A stretch of 64,000 nt of DNA from Entomortierella parvispora E1425 (taxonomy: Eukaryota; Fungi; Mortierellomycota): assembly GCA_020891255.1 (NCBI GenBank), contig BQFW01000001.1:434001-498000 (forward strand), read 5' to 3'. The notes beneath the pieces are model-generated. The model was not told the DNA's origin and did not search any database. It saw only the letters and a program-made list of their open reading frames with translations. The position numbers were made by a program, and so were the translations under genes. Positions 48,441 to 61,931 of this stretch are shown in pieces; position 1 is the stretch's first letter, and every line of letters starts with the position of its first letter.

Positions 48441-50834
48441 GCTTCGCCCAAAGATCAAAGAAAAGAGCCCATTTTTCCCTTTGTTTTTTTTTTTGTCTTC
48501 TTTGTCCTTCTGGTCCTGTGGACCTCTGGCCCTCATTCTTCATAGCCAACGCACCCCATCTCTCATCTCCATAGATCATGAGTGAACATAGTATCTGTCA
48601 TCCTGCTTTCGCCCCCTCTCTAATCCACTATATATTGCCCTTCGTTGTACCACTGGCCTAATCTCCACTAGCTAAGGGCCGACAATTGCCATGTAGATTC
48701 GAGGTGGTCTCTTCCTGTCTTTCACCTATCCATGTCTTTTCTTCTCCCCATACGTGCATAGACCATTTGCCCATGGAAAGCCATTTTCCGTGCAGCCATC
48801 AAATGATATCGTCTCTCGGTTCGCTATGATGGAACGTCGTCTTTGTTATCTTTTCATTCATTCATCTAATGTAGATCTTCCATAAAGCCCTGATGGTTTT
48901 ACCAAATGGCAGGGTACATTAACGCAATTTCTAGGGACGACGAGGGTTTGAAGATTAGAAGGCTCTATGTGGAAACAAAGAGTTGTAGAGACCCCAAAGA
49001 CTCGCTGGAAGATTGCTTTTTTTTTGCAACTCTTTTGTTCTGATCCTTGTTTTCGTTTCTTGTGGGTAGGATGTCCTATCCGAAGAGAGGGCATCCTCCG
49101 TTGTCTTTCTCGACTTTCATTGCGCTTCCGGAATTCAACTGTAGCGGAAACAGCGTTGATACTTGATGAAAAACCTTGCGTTTGTATCTTGTTGTCCCCT
49201 CTGTCTCTGCAGAATGTGAAGATGCTGGCTCTAGGACATGCAGAGATGAAGCCAAGACAACTATAGCGGTGTCCGACCTGGGTATGTCTGGCTATTCCTT
49301 GATGTCTAACGATTGTTGTCGGAGAGCCATTCACAATCGTTTAGAGACAGTGATTGATGCTGCAGATAAAGGTGGTTGACTTCAAAAGCAACCTCTCTCT
49401 TGGAGCGGCACTTCATACCCTGAACGTTCATGATTGTTGATCAGCGATTATAGCAATGGGTCAAGCGATGCCTGTTCATCCCATGTTGAGGTTTAGAGTG
49501 CTGATGTTTGATGTTTGATGTTTGAGTGGCATCCATTATTGAGCTCTTGTATTGCCGGTTCTCGGCTAAGTAGCAATGAGCGGGGACGAGTGATAAGATG
49601 ACGCCCAGATTCCAGCATCCAGAGATGTCGGTCGAATGTATGATGAATGTGCGATTTGTAATATCTGCTGATCGGCTCCCTTACTGGATTTCAAGTCTTG
49701 GTGTTGACAATGTCGAGAAACAAGAGAATCTCAGATTCCGCGTATCCGATGAGGATGAGTGGGTACAGGATGACAGATGACGGAGTGGTATCCGTGGCTG
49801 GGCTTTAACGTTACAAGCTTGAGGTTTTGGTGTTGTTGATGGCAACTGACATATGAATGGCCCGTGGTCCTGTATCTAATTAGGATGGATAGATGCAAGA
49901 TAGCTGGATGGTATCCATTTACGGACTCTCGTCTCTCCGGCCCTTGCATTTGGGTTCTGACATTGACGAGGGGCAGGTTGGATGGATGTAGGATGGTGTC
50001 GGCTGTGGGATCACGCGTCACCTCTGGAGTTCTTGGGTTTTGAAATGGATGATGGGCGAAATGACACTTGTTGATGTTCCTGCGTCCATGAAGCTGGATG
50101 GACAAGAGGAAGGGACAGTATCCATTGCTGAGTTCCCGTCTCGCGGATCTTGCGATCTGGATGATGATGTTGACGAAGGGCAGATTGGTTGGATGCTGCG
50201 GCCAAAGTTGGAATTATTGCCTTCTTTCTTCTGACCAGATCATGACTTCTGGTTCTAGAAGTTGTTGGAAGACGTTTTCTGCGGTCGTAAGCCATAGGGC
50301 TGAGCCAGGGACGGGGTACGTTCTTCTCGGGGAGACACTTGCCCTGCCTGAGTAGTTCCATTCGCTGGCCGTTGATCTGGGCTGCCAGGTCCCCCGACGT
50401 GGATCGAGCGTATAACCAAGGGCAAGCTTGTTGGTTTCCACAAATTAAATCCGACTTGGACCATGCACAAAGACGACAAAAAAACTTCTCAAAGTGGGTA
50501 AAGTACATCCCACGTGGTTTCTCCCCGTTGATCCCCGCTTTCTCCAACAGAATCAATCATTCCCTTGGTCTTTCCAAGAGCCAAGGCCAAGTTGGATGTA
50601 GGTGAATGATCGGAGGGTTTGTGAAAAGCTTCCTCGTTGACCAATGTTTTCTTCATAATATTAATTCTGAAGCCGATGTTTTTGATTCTGCGTATCACGT
50701 GATTATCTCTGCGTATTTTTCGTGGAGTATTTTTCGTGGAGCGTGTTTTTCGTGGAACGTGCTTTTTCATTCTCCAACCTTCTTGACCAAAGCCCATTCT
50801 TCATCCTGTCCACAGCAAGTTTGTAGACTCATAC

Positions 50835-50896
50835 GACTCACTTGACGCAACAATACCACCAACTTTAGACTCACTTGACGTAACAATACCACCAAC
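50835..50896. repeat. Two copies of a ~30-bp unit (33-bp period)
   Basis: GACTCACTTGACG(C/T)AACAATACCACCAAC occurs twice. Confidence 0.85.
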
Positions 50897-51213
50897 ACTC
50901 CAATGCGAATGCCCCAATCCCCTCTGTTGGATTCATCCCGTGCCACGTTGTCTTCACCCCTTTTTACAAGGCATTCATGTCCAAGGCACTCATGACCATG
51001 GCAACGTGCTGCATGTGTGAGCAACACGAGGTAACAACATAAACAGTACTGAAAAAAGTGAAGCATGTTTTGAGAGACGACCTTCTTTCCTTCCCTACCT
51101 TTGACCTCTTGACCCCGCTGCCGTAAGCAAGCAATCTGGAAATGCGGTCCAATATAGAACCATGTGAATTTTGACGAAGCGCAGAGTGAACAGGGGGCAG
51201 GACAAGAGGTCAT

Positions 51214-51319
51214 CAGGAAACGCCGCACATGGTGAACAGCAGGACAACAGGAAACGCGGCACATGGTGAACAGCAGGATAACAGGAAACGCGGCACATGG
51301 TAAATAGCAGGACAACAGG
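51214..51319. repeat. 34-bp tandem repeat, three copies
   Basis: Consensus CAGGAAACGCGGCACATGGTGAACAGCAGGACAA. Confidence 0.85.
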
Positions 51320-52507
51320 TCAAAAGGAAAAAAGGAAAACGCAAGCAAATTTCGATGGAATAATGCGACATCATTCGACAGCAGCCCCACATAGGCGGCG
51401 CACCGACATGTCTTGGACCGACCGCACGACAGTGCAGGTGAGCGATAGCACCGAAAGTAACAAATAGTGGATGCGGCTATAAAGTGAAGCGCCGACAAGG
51501 CTTCCTCGCACCTTCTCCTCTATCTTTATTCATCACAATTCATATTGACACGCCCCGCATTGCCTTCGTTCTATCAACAAAATAACAGGTAACGGAATCT
51601 CCAAGATGCATTCTCCGATGACAAAAGCTCAGAAAAATAGCCGACGAGTGATAACACGTTCGCACGCGGCGTCTCGTCCATGCACCCTCAATACATGTGG
51701 CACTGGCAGCGCCAATCAAGACAAGAGAAAGAGACAGCGAGAGAAGGACGATGACGGTCACGAGGATATGGTTTAGGTCAAACTCGAGAGTATCCGTCCG
51801 CAAAAGGGCCTAAAAGCCGTCGCCACGCCTGCCAGCACTAGCAGCACCTACACAAACAGAACCATCGACTTCAAGAATGCCAAGCTTGGGTCTCCATAAA
51901 AGTCTGCAGACAAAAAGGAGGCCTCAGTTTCAGACACACAGGATGTATGCGGATTGTGTAATGATGCAGGGCACAAATCTGCCGAATGCGAGTAAGTTTT
52001 GCAGACTGTTATATTATTTGTATGTTTGTATCAAGCAAGACCGAAGGTGTCGTGCCTACTAACGACGTCTTCCCTCCGATGCCCATGCGTTAGATATATA
52101 GATCTGTTTGAGACTGGCAACCAACAATTAGGGCTCGTTACGGAATCACTCTCAAAGTCAACACCATTACACTCTCTGGAAGCCAACGCCAACAACGAAG
52201 AGAACCGAATGCCCCTGACGTTGAGAATGGCCTACACTAAGGTTTTGGATTTAGCAAAAAAGGGAGTGCCACTTCCTCGTGATTTCGCAGCTTTCGAGGG
52301 GCTCGGGATCCAAGCATACGAAGCTTTAAAGAACAATAGAGCTCAGGACGTCTCCATTGATGGTGAAGTCATCAGCAAAAGTTATCAGCAATTATCAACT
52401 CTTGCTCAACTTGCGGATGACGGACTTATGGATATTGACACAAGCACCCAGTCATTCTCACCGTTCGAAATACTCAATCTGAATGTCTCAACAACTTCGC
52501 AACGGAA

Positions 52508-53101
52508 ATGTTTTGTCCTGACCAAGAAGCTGCAGTTTGTACAGAAATAGACACCGTTGCCAACGATGATGATGGAGAAGCCAGTCGCGTTATTAGCCAG
52601 AACGATCTCAAGGATTTTGTTCCCCCGGATTTCCCCCCATACGAACTACGACTGAAGCCGGGAATGCCAATCATGTGCATCCGCAACATTGACACCATGA
52701 ATGGCCTCTGTAATGGAACGAGGCTAATTGTCAAGGAAACATATAATCATATCATCATCGCCACTTTCGCAACGGGAGAGAAAGCTGGTCAGCAGGTCAC
52801 CTTCTGCCCGATCTATCACACAACGTTTGAGGACGGCTCTACGCCTGTTCCAATAACACCATTGCAGTTTCCTGTTAAGCCTGCTTTCGCCATGACCATC
52901 AACAAGAGTCTAGGGCAGACTCTCAACCATGTGGCTGTCTTCCTTTCTCAGAGTGTCTTTTCTCACGGTCAGCTGTATGTCGCGCTTTCTCGTTGCACCA
53001 ATCCTGATAACTTGAAGGTTTTTGTAGCAGACGGCGCTGTCAAGGGACAAGAATGCACATACACACGTAACGTAGTATATCGTCAGGTTTTAGAATGGTG
53101 A
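52508..53101 (+). pseudogene. PIF1-family (Helitron RepHel) helicase C-terminal fragment
   Basis: GLCNGTRLIV, FPVKPAFAMTINKSLGQT and VFSHGQLYVALSR. The Walker A region is absent. Confidence 0.9.
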
Positions 53102-53143
53102 ATCAATGGTTGTTCTTGAATAAAGAAACGGGAAAAGAAAAAA

Positions 53144-53176
53144 GCTCGTGGCGATAGCCACGAGCAAATCTGCTAG
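53144..53176 (+). terminator. Helitron 3' terminus: hairpin plus CTAG
   Basis: GCTCGTGGC-GATA-GCCACGAGC, 7-nt spacer, CTAG at 53173-53176, followed by T. Confidence 0.9.
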
Positions 53177-53246
53177 TACTGTATAAGGGTGCTTTCAAAA
53201 GTAAAAAGGGGAGTGTTTGTGACCAATTTGTCCTTTTTTTATTTTT

Positions 53247-56200
53247 TCAAGTGGATTTTGAGACATCCAATGCCTTCTGTTGAGCAGCTTTAAAGACTGT
53301 TGATATAGTATCCATCCTGGAGCTACCATTGGGAGACATCTGTACTTGCAGCGCGCCTTGCTCCGCGCAGCAATGCAATCCGTTATCATATACCTGTAAG
53401 GACATGACATGACTGAGGCTATAGAGAAGCAGGTGGTACTTAAAAAGACGGTATATCTCATCTTCTGATAGGAACAGCAGTGCACTCAATACCGAGGGAC
53501 TATGACTCCCAAGAGTTTCTGAAACATAATTTGTATATCCCGTTTTGTCAACTTCAAGTGCTGCGATAAGAGACCGGATGGCCGATTCCGGCAACGAAGG
53601 CTGCTTGCTTAATCCTGATGCTGCCGAAGACCTGAGACTGCCATCGTCATCCTTGAGTGTGGCTGTGAGGGAAAGAATCGCTGATTCCGGCAACAAAGAC
53701 TGATTGCCTAATGCTGATGCTGCTGATCTCCTGACATAATGAGAGTCATCCTTGAGTGTAGTGATGAGAGACTGGATGGCCGATTCAGGCAACGGGGACT
53801 GCTTGCCTAATGCCTCTGCTGCTGAAGACCTGACATTTCTATCATCATCCTTGAGTGCGGCGGTGAGGGAAAGAATAGCTGGTTCAGGCAATGAAGACTG
53901 CCCGCCTAATGCTGATGCTGCTGAATACCTGACATCGCTATAGTCATCCTTGAGTGCGATGATGAGTGACTGGATGGCTGATTCCAGCAACGAGGACTGC
54001 TTGCCTAGGGCCTTTGCTGCTAATGATCTGACCTTCCAATTGTCATCCTTGAGTGTGGCGATGAGAGACTGGATGGCCGATTCAGGCAACGGGGACTGCT
54101 TGCCTAATGCTGATGCTGCTGAAGACTTAACTTCGTTATCGTCATCCTTGAGTATGGTGATGAGAGACTGGATGGCCGATTCCGGCAACGAAGACTGCTT
54201 GCCTAATGCCTCTGCTGCTGAAAACCGGACACCTTTATCGTCATCCTTGAGTGTAGCGATGAGAGGCTGAATCGCTGATTCCGGCAACAAAGACTGATTG
54301 CCTAATGCAGATGCTGCTGATCTCCTGACATAATGATAGTCATCCTTGAGTGTAGTGATGAGAGACTGGATGACTGATTCCGGCAACGAAGACTGTTTGC
54401 CTAATGCTGATGCTGCTGAATACCTGACATCGCTATAGTCATCCTTGAGTGCGATGATGAGTGACTGGATGGCTGATTCCAGCAACGAGGACTGCTTGCC
54501 TAGGGCCTTTGCTGCTGAAGACCTTACATCGCTATCGTCATCCTTGAGTGCGGTGACGAGAGACTGGATGGCTGATTCTGACAAAGGAGACTGCCTGTCT
54601 AATGCCGTTGCTGCTGAATACCTGACATCTTCATCGTCATCCTTGAGTGCGGCGATGAGCGACTGGACGGCCGATTCCGGCAACGAAGACCGCTCGCCTA
54701 ATGCCTCTGCTGCTGAAAACCTGATATTTTTATTGTCATCCTTGAGCATGGCGATGATAGACTTGATGGCTGATTCCGACAACGAAGGCTGATTGCCTAA
54801 TGCCTCTGCTGCTAAATACGTGGTATACGAATGATCAGCCTTGAGTGTAATGACGAGAGACTGGATTGCGGATTCCGGCAACGGGAACTGCATGTCTAAT
54901 GCCTTTGCTGCTGAAGACCTAACTACGTTATCGTCATCCTTGAGTGTGGTGATGAGAGACTGGATGGCTGATTCCGGCAACGAAGACTGCTTGCCTAATG
55001 CTAACGCTGCTGAAGACTTAACACGACCATCGTCATCCTTGAGTATGGAGATGAGAGACTGGATGGCCGATTCCGGTAATGAGGACCGCTTGCCTAATGC
55101 TACTGCTGCTGAAGACCTGACATCGCCATTGTCATCCTTGAGCATGGCGATGAGAGACTGGATGGCGGATTCAGGCAACGGGGACTGCTTGCCTAATGCT
55201 GATGCTGCTGAAGACTTAACTTCGTTATCGTCATCCTTGAGTATGGTGATGAGAGACTGGATGGCCGATTCCGGCAACGAAGACTGCTTGCCTAATGCTA
55301 ACGCTGCTGAAGACTTAACACGACCATCCTCATCCTTGAGTACGGAGATGAGAGACTGGATGGCTGATTCCGGCAACAAAGACTGATTGCCTAATGCTGA
55401 TGCTGCTGATATCCTTACATAATGATAGTCATCCTTGAGTGTAGTGATGAGAGGCTGGATGGCTGATTCCGGCAACGAAGACTGCTTGGCTAATGCTGAT
55501 GCTGCTGAAGACCTGACACGTCCATCGTCATCCTTGAGTGCGGCAATGAGGGAGTGGACGGCTGATTCCGGCAAAGAAGACTGCTTGCCTAATACTGACG
55601 CTGCTGAAGACCTGACGCTCTAGTTGTTATCCTTGAGTGTGGCGATGAGAGGCAGGATTGCTGATTCCGGCAACAAACACTTCTCGCCTGATACTGGTGC
55701 TCCTCGTAACCTGACAAGCCAACTTTCACCGTTGAGTTTGGAGACGTCATAGTGGATGGCTGATCCTGACAACGAAGACTGCTTGTTTAATGCCCTTAGT
55801 GCTGAAAGCCCGACATTTTCGTCGTCATCCTTGAGTGTGTCGGTGAGAGACTGGATGGCTGATTTCGTCAGCGAAGACTGCTTTCCTAATTCCTCTGCTG
55901 CTGAAAACCTTACATTTTTATCGTTATCCTTCAGCGCGACGACGAGTGACTGGATGGCACATTTCGACAATACAGATCGCGATCCTAAAGTGCGTATGAA
56001 GGAGGCTTTGTTCGAATGCCCGGAACTTATAGCCTCAACTAGAAGTGTCTCAGGGAACGACAGCTGACTCCCTAGAATGCTTCTAGAGAAGATACCATGA
56101 CGCGTACGTATCTCCAATTGCAGCCACCTTGCAAGCTCTGAATCGTACAAAGCCACCACTGTCGGGTCCAATCGAGCTCGCGCCTCGTGAAGGCAAGAGA

Positions 56201-59200
56201 CCAGGATCTGCTGGTGGCGTCCTCCAATCAAATCTCGCGGCTCCCCTTGCAGAAGTTCGAAAAACTTGTCCAACGGGTTTCCGTCTAACAACCCAGCCAC
56301 CATCGACCATACAATCTCGTACTGAGGGTTATATTTGTGTTGGTGAACAAAGGCTGTCATTTCCTCCGTAGTCATCATTCTAGCCGTGGAATAGGGTTGC
56401 TGAGATTGAAAGTGGCGCACTATCCATGTTGCCGCGAAATATTCTTGGAACGTCAGATGCAAAAAATGCCAGCGTTGTCCAGAATTATAGTTTTTGAGAT
56501 CCACTGCCGAGTCAGCCGTGTGTAAAAACGACGTGTCCTTCATCTGCTCAACCAAGTGGGTAGGCGAAAGCTGTTGGCTAGCTGGTGTAGAGCTCTTCAT
56601 ATCTTGACAAGCAGAGCGCATGTCTTTTTCTTCGAACTCGATTTGGTGATGGTTGGTCATTCCTGTGAAGGCGAGATTCCCAAGATGCTGTAGTTCAGTC
56701 GTCATCAACTCGTCCATTTCCACTGGCCCATAACTGTGGATTTGGCGCTCAGTCAGCTTCTTTCCATCAACAGTTTTCTTGAGCCGATGTGCATCCTTAC
56801 AACAGAGTTTGCGCACCATCAATTGATACAACCCCGTCATGGTAATCGTCGTGCCATCTTCTGGAAGCGAATCCCAGCTGAAGCAGATCACGTCGAGTTG
56901 TACTGGAATGTTGACGAGTCCTTGAATCAATGGTGTTCGTTGAATGAATTCTTGGACAGTCCTTGATGGCTCAGGGGCAAGCACCTTGACCACAAATTCC
57001 TTGACATTCTGTTGGCTGAATCCGACAGTTTCGAGCTCCATATCAAGTGGTGGTAGTAGTTTGCTGTCCAACCCGGTGGGCCTGGAGGTGATGACAACTT
57101 GTTGCTGCCCAAGTAACATCTTCAAGAAAGATCTGAAGGTGCTGCTTTCATCCTCAGCCTCTGTAACAATCTCATCCAGACCGTCCAAGATGAATAGAAT
57201 GCTACCATTCTGAGCCCGAGCCGCGAGAGTCTTCGCCAGATCTGCTTGTTCGTGGTCGAGGCATTGAGAGATGAAAATTCTCTCGCGGAAGAGTCCTTCC
57301 AGAGTGCGACTCTTGAGTCCTCTGAGATGACGCAGTGGAATCCAGAGCACAATTTTGAACAGATCCTTCCATTGCCCATTTTGATGTGCGTGAACGAGTT
57401 TCTTGCACAGTGTCGACTTGCCAATGCCCGCTCGTCCTTGAACCAAGATCCTTCTAGGAACATTCACCGTTCCATCACGCAACTTGCGCTTGTTGAAGAG
57501 CTGCTCCAGAGGAATAAGCGACTGGGTGACTGTGTTCCGTACCCTTTCGCCACTGGGCATCCGATGAAATACAGCCGCTTGCTCTTTGAGCTCCTCTTTC
57601 TCCTTCCGTCGGTTTTCAGGTGCCTCCACAATTGCCAAATTGACAAAGCATGTCCCCAGATCCAGCTCCTCTCCTGAAATTCTGAGGATATGCAGGGTGG
57701 GTGCGTGATACCTCTTGAGGGCCGATTGAATGTCACTCAAACTTGCGATTCGAGGGGCGTCTGGTAGGTTCTCAACCTTTGCACGCCGACGGTTTCGATC
57801 CTGAACAGCTTTCAACAGTCTAGCCCTTGGCACTGAATGCCTATCCGGATCCGTGAATTTGAGATTGATCCACACTGGCGAATGTTGATCGGCAAAAGGT
57901 TTTAACTGTGTGTTCTTCCTTGTCATTTCTTCCAATAGCGTCCTGGCGGCTATATATGGAGCAAGAAAAAAAAAGTGGCATCAGGACTGAATATCTTTGG
58001 TATGTTATTCCTGTTATTCCTTGACAATCATGGTGTATAGGTATCTCACCTTCAAACTGTATGACATTTCGGGATTCCACGATAGTGAGTACGTCAAAGA
58101 TAACCTGATCAACCTCCTTCTGGCGATCCCAAAGTGAAGCGTCCTTGTAAAGTGTTTCAATAAAGGCAATTGCCTCTTGTTGTGCCGCAGGACTCCATCG
58201 GCTATCAGTCACAAACTGTCCAAGCAACTGGCAGATCCCCCACTGAAACATGAGTTCGTCTCGGCATGGTGTGATAGTGACCATAGTCTTGAACTCCACT
58301 AGTCTTCCAGTCTCAATATACGACTCGGCCTTGCGTATAGCCCGGTACCAGGCGCTCTTGAACTTCAGACCCTCCTTCACTGTGAATGTTACACTGCCAT
58401 CATGACCTTTGATAGCACCATCCAAGAGTGTCTTGAGATTGCCGATGCCAGCTTTGCCGGCTTTGTAAAGTTTTTCCAGGCTTTCGAGCGTGTCCTTCAG
58501 GTCCGATGGGTCAGGCACATTGGCCAGTCCTGCCCCAACATTCAATAAGAACCAGAATCGTCTGAATCCTGCATGCCAAATATCCTCATCATCAGGCACA
58601 TTGAGTAGTGCCTGCGTGGCATACTCTAATTGGAATGTCAAGTATGGGTGTTCGTTTGGCTCCACATCTCGAAGGAATTCTGTCAATGGTCCGTGAAGGT
58701 TGACACGGTCCACATCTCCGATATTGGCGTCCACCATTGCATCCAAAACCCGCGAGACAGCAAGTAGCAGGGGATATCGATACTCTGGCGAGCGAGTAAG
58801 CTTGAGTCGCTTGAGCAGGCACCGAAGGATACTCTCAAGGTCGTCCACGTTGAGTGTTCCAGGGGTGGCTCCCTGAATTGCCGTTGCCAGACCATTCAAT
58901 GGATGCAACTGCAGCATCTTCGACTCGTTCACAGCGTCGATGAAAGTCGCGATGAGGGACCGAGAGTGCTCTTCGCTGAGCACAGGGGCCAGTTGGACAA
59001 CCTCAGCAACACTAGCCGCATCCTTCATATTGTCCTTGGTAACTGCCTGGATGACATCGTCGACCATAGTCTCCAAGCGATCCCTCTCGCACGAGTCATT
59101 TAAGGTGTCAAGTCGCCACCTGAGATAGTCTTGCGAAAGATCGTTATTTCGTACTGACGGTTGCAAGAGTGCGAGACAACAGGCGAGTTGGAGAGTGGTT

Positions 59201-59899
59201 TCCAGTTGCTCTCCTGGATTTGGCAGCCGATGTATGTTGCGCTTGGGATTAACATTTGCGCCAAAGAACGATGGAGGTCCCAAGGCTGAACTAGCCGCCA
59301 TAACCGAGACAGCTGGTTGAGAGAGACGATGAGACGATTGGTGAGGCGTTGAGGAAGTGTTGACAGCTACTGCGGGGGTAGAGGCGAAAAGCGTTGCATT
59401 GAAGGTGGTGTTGCCTGCCGTTGCTGAGGGGCTCCAATGGGCGACTCCTGCTTGAGCGATTGTCGGGGAGAAGCCTGGCCCCATCAGCGATGGCGCAATA
59501 GCAGCGGCATGGTCCTGCATTCTCTTGTTGAGTTCTTGCCTAGTGGATATACAGTATCATTGTTCAGTATAGGTGCAGTGCCCCCAGCATGCTGTCTCCT
59601 CGATACTAACAAGGAACAAGGGCAAGCTACCTCACAGCACCTGCTTTCTTTCTACACTTGGCAGCTTTTTCCTTTGGCTGTTCTCCCGAGACATCTAACA
59701 CCACGGCAAGGCTCAGGAATGCGACAATCATCTCCTCCAGATCCTTCGAATCGGTCTTCTTGACATCGACTTTGGCGAGGGAGTTCTTTGCGTTCTGATA
59801 ATGCTTGACGACCCTGCGTTCAGAGCCTGTAGCTTTTCGAGCCTCCTCGGTGCTGGCTTTTGCCTGCATTAAAGCCTCTTGCGCTGTGAGATGCGCCAT
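53247..59899 (-). pseudogene. NLR-like gene 3: same architecture, ~24-25 HEAT repeats; in-frame TAG in repeat 4
   Basis: Exons 59899-59631, 59539-58050 and 57949-53247. GRAGIGKST present. TAG at 55622-55620 in LKDNN*SVRSSAASVLGKQ, with the frame otherwise continuous. Confidence 0.87.
53510..55934 (-). repeat. Highly internally conserved 99-bp HEAT repeat array, NLR3
   Basis: About 24 units. Identical blocks at 54079-54209 / 55168-55298 and 53905-54021 / 54400-54516. Confidence 0.93.
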
Positions 59900-61931
59900 G
59901 TTGAGTTTCTACAAAGCTATACAGCAGTATGGTTAAAAGTCGACGTCAGGCTTGGGGCCTGGCAGATGGAAACGAAGTTCTGGTACCTTTAGAATGCTGG
60001 ATACTGTGGTTGTTGGCAGAAGAGGTCTGTAAACAGCGACAATCGCAAAGATGTGGGGACGGGCAAAGGAAGAGGGTGTGTGGTGGAAATGGAAAAGATG
60101 GAAAAAGATGCAAAAGCACCGATGCCCCCTTCCTTCCCAGCGGTGATGAGAGCAAAAAGTGCGAGGGCAAACCTTGTGCGACGCGACCATCTACATTTGC
60201 TTTGCCTTTGCGCCGTAGTTTGTCGTTGCTGTATGTTGTGTTGTCTTCTTCGGTGCAATCGCAGTGAGCGCCTTTGGTGGTCGTTCTCCCTCACTCTCGG
60301 GAAAAAGCTTTCTCCATGCTAGCAAGGAAAGAATGGTGGAATTGGGGCTACACGAGTGCGCGTGGATGGTGCATGGAGATGCAGCAACAGACAACAGACA
60401 GAGAGCCAAATGTCGCGTTTGGTGGCGTGCACATGGTGGTGCGACTGTCCCTCTGTTTCCAGACGAGATGCTATGCTATGGTATTGTTGGACCCGATAGT
60501 AACGCACCTTGTGCACTTGTCCAGGGGTTCCATCGAGGGGTGTCGATCGATGCAGGGACCGGAGGAGGAAGGAAACGGTGTACGTGTGTGTGTGTACGTG
60601 TGTGTGTACGTGCGTGTACGTGTAGTCGTAGTCCAAGTCACGTGCACATGTCGATTAATCGATCGATCGATCAATCGCATACAGACACACAAACACACCT
60701 ATTCCTCTTCCTCTCCCTCTCCAACAAGGCCAACAGAGCACTCACACGATGGACAGGCAGATCATAAGGATCATGGCCCGCTGCAGCAGGACTAGTGGCG
60801 CATGACAGTGCCATCCTCCTCTCTCTTTCTTTTCACCCTTTGCAATTCAAGGACATGCAGGACAATGTCGCGTCATTCTGTACTGGATGGATGGGTTTCA
60901 AGGATACAGTGGCTCCTGTCAATGCCCGGCGACAGCATCGCTGAAAAGTACAAACAACAACAACAACAACAACGTGAAAGTACTATTGTCCATGGACGGA
61001 AATGCATAAGGAGGGCATGACCATGTCGAGGCGCATACCTGGCATTATGGATGCATCTGAGAACATGGATGAATAGATCGTGGCACAGCGTGCTGGTCCA
61101 GATCTGGACCTCATCATGGAGGCAGATGTGATCATAGGCAAGAATTCCACGGATATCTACCTTGGCGGGCCAGAGCTCTGGAGGTGGAGATGTATCCCCA
61201 AGGGCGAGGATGTTTGGCGAGGGTTTTCAGGAGAATCCACTTGGCGGCCAGATACTGGAAGTTGTGCAGAAGGACTGACCGTTTTATTTTTTTATTTTTC
61301 ACCCCCGATAGAACAACCTGCACCAATGGTGGACGAAGAGAGGAGCGGTGGAAAGAGAGGCACCTGCAGGAGGAGGCGAGGCACCAGGGCCAAGGATATG
61401 TGGAGCAAAGATTGTGCCAGTCATTGACTTCTTGTATGTAGACAAACCAGGATACACCAGGACGACTTGTTTGCATCTGCGCAAGTATCGATGTTATCAA
61501 CGAGGCCAGCTCAGGAGGCCCGAGATGGGAGAGACGAAATAGCCCATTATCTTGCAGAGGATGTTCATATCCTGTCGAGCTATTCATAATGTCTATGATG
61601 TCAATGATACCATCGTTTATTGTTGTAAGTTAACTTGTCCTTTTGCTATGACTGTGGTAGTCTACCAAGCGCCATGTTCATCCATCTTTTATTCGCACTC
61701 TGCTGTCTTGTAGATCAAGTCCAAGGCCAAGTGGCAACAACCGGGTTACCTGCAGCAGCCTACTGTTGAGCCAGAGTGTCGTAAGATGAGCACTCATGGT
61801 GACAGTCCGTGGATTATATGATGACCTGAAGTTGTTGATCGCTATATCTTAAAAGTCTCTCTTAGTCACAATCCACAACCCTTGATGAACAGTTCGGGGC
61901 CTCTCACACCAACAATGTAGACAAAGGAGAT

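Larger units (their letters stand above)
51830..53176 (+). mobile_element. Helitron remnant (3' portion; 5' end not located)
   Basis: Zinc knuckle CGLCNDAGHKSAEC (51948-51989) followed by GTAAGT, PIF1-helicase C-terminal ORF, terminal hairpin and CTAG|T end. Confidence 0.85.

Noticed and set aside
53752-55623. Many plus-strand ORFs (MADSGNEDCLPNA...) over the HEAT arrays, also at 23.5-25.0 and 35.8-37.0 kb
   Set aside because: They are antisense shadows of the 99-bp coding repeats, with stops recurring at the variable codons.
23196-59899. Bacterial (endosymbiont) origin of the contig because of PBS-lyase-like HEAT/NACHT genes
   Set aside because: Conserved spliceosomal introns, AATAAA signals, LTR retrotransposons and Helitrons show nuclear fungal DNA. 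Ancient HGT of the domain is not excluded.
60840-61600. Possible ankyrin-like or transposase remnants upstream of NLR3
   Set aside because: Only a few scattered residues match and the frames are broken.
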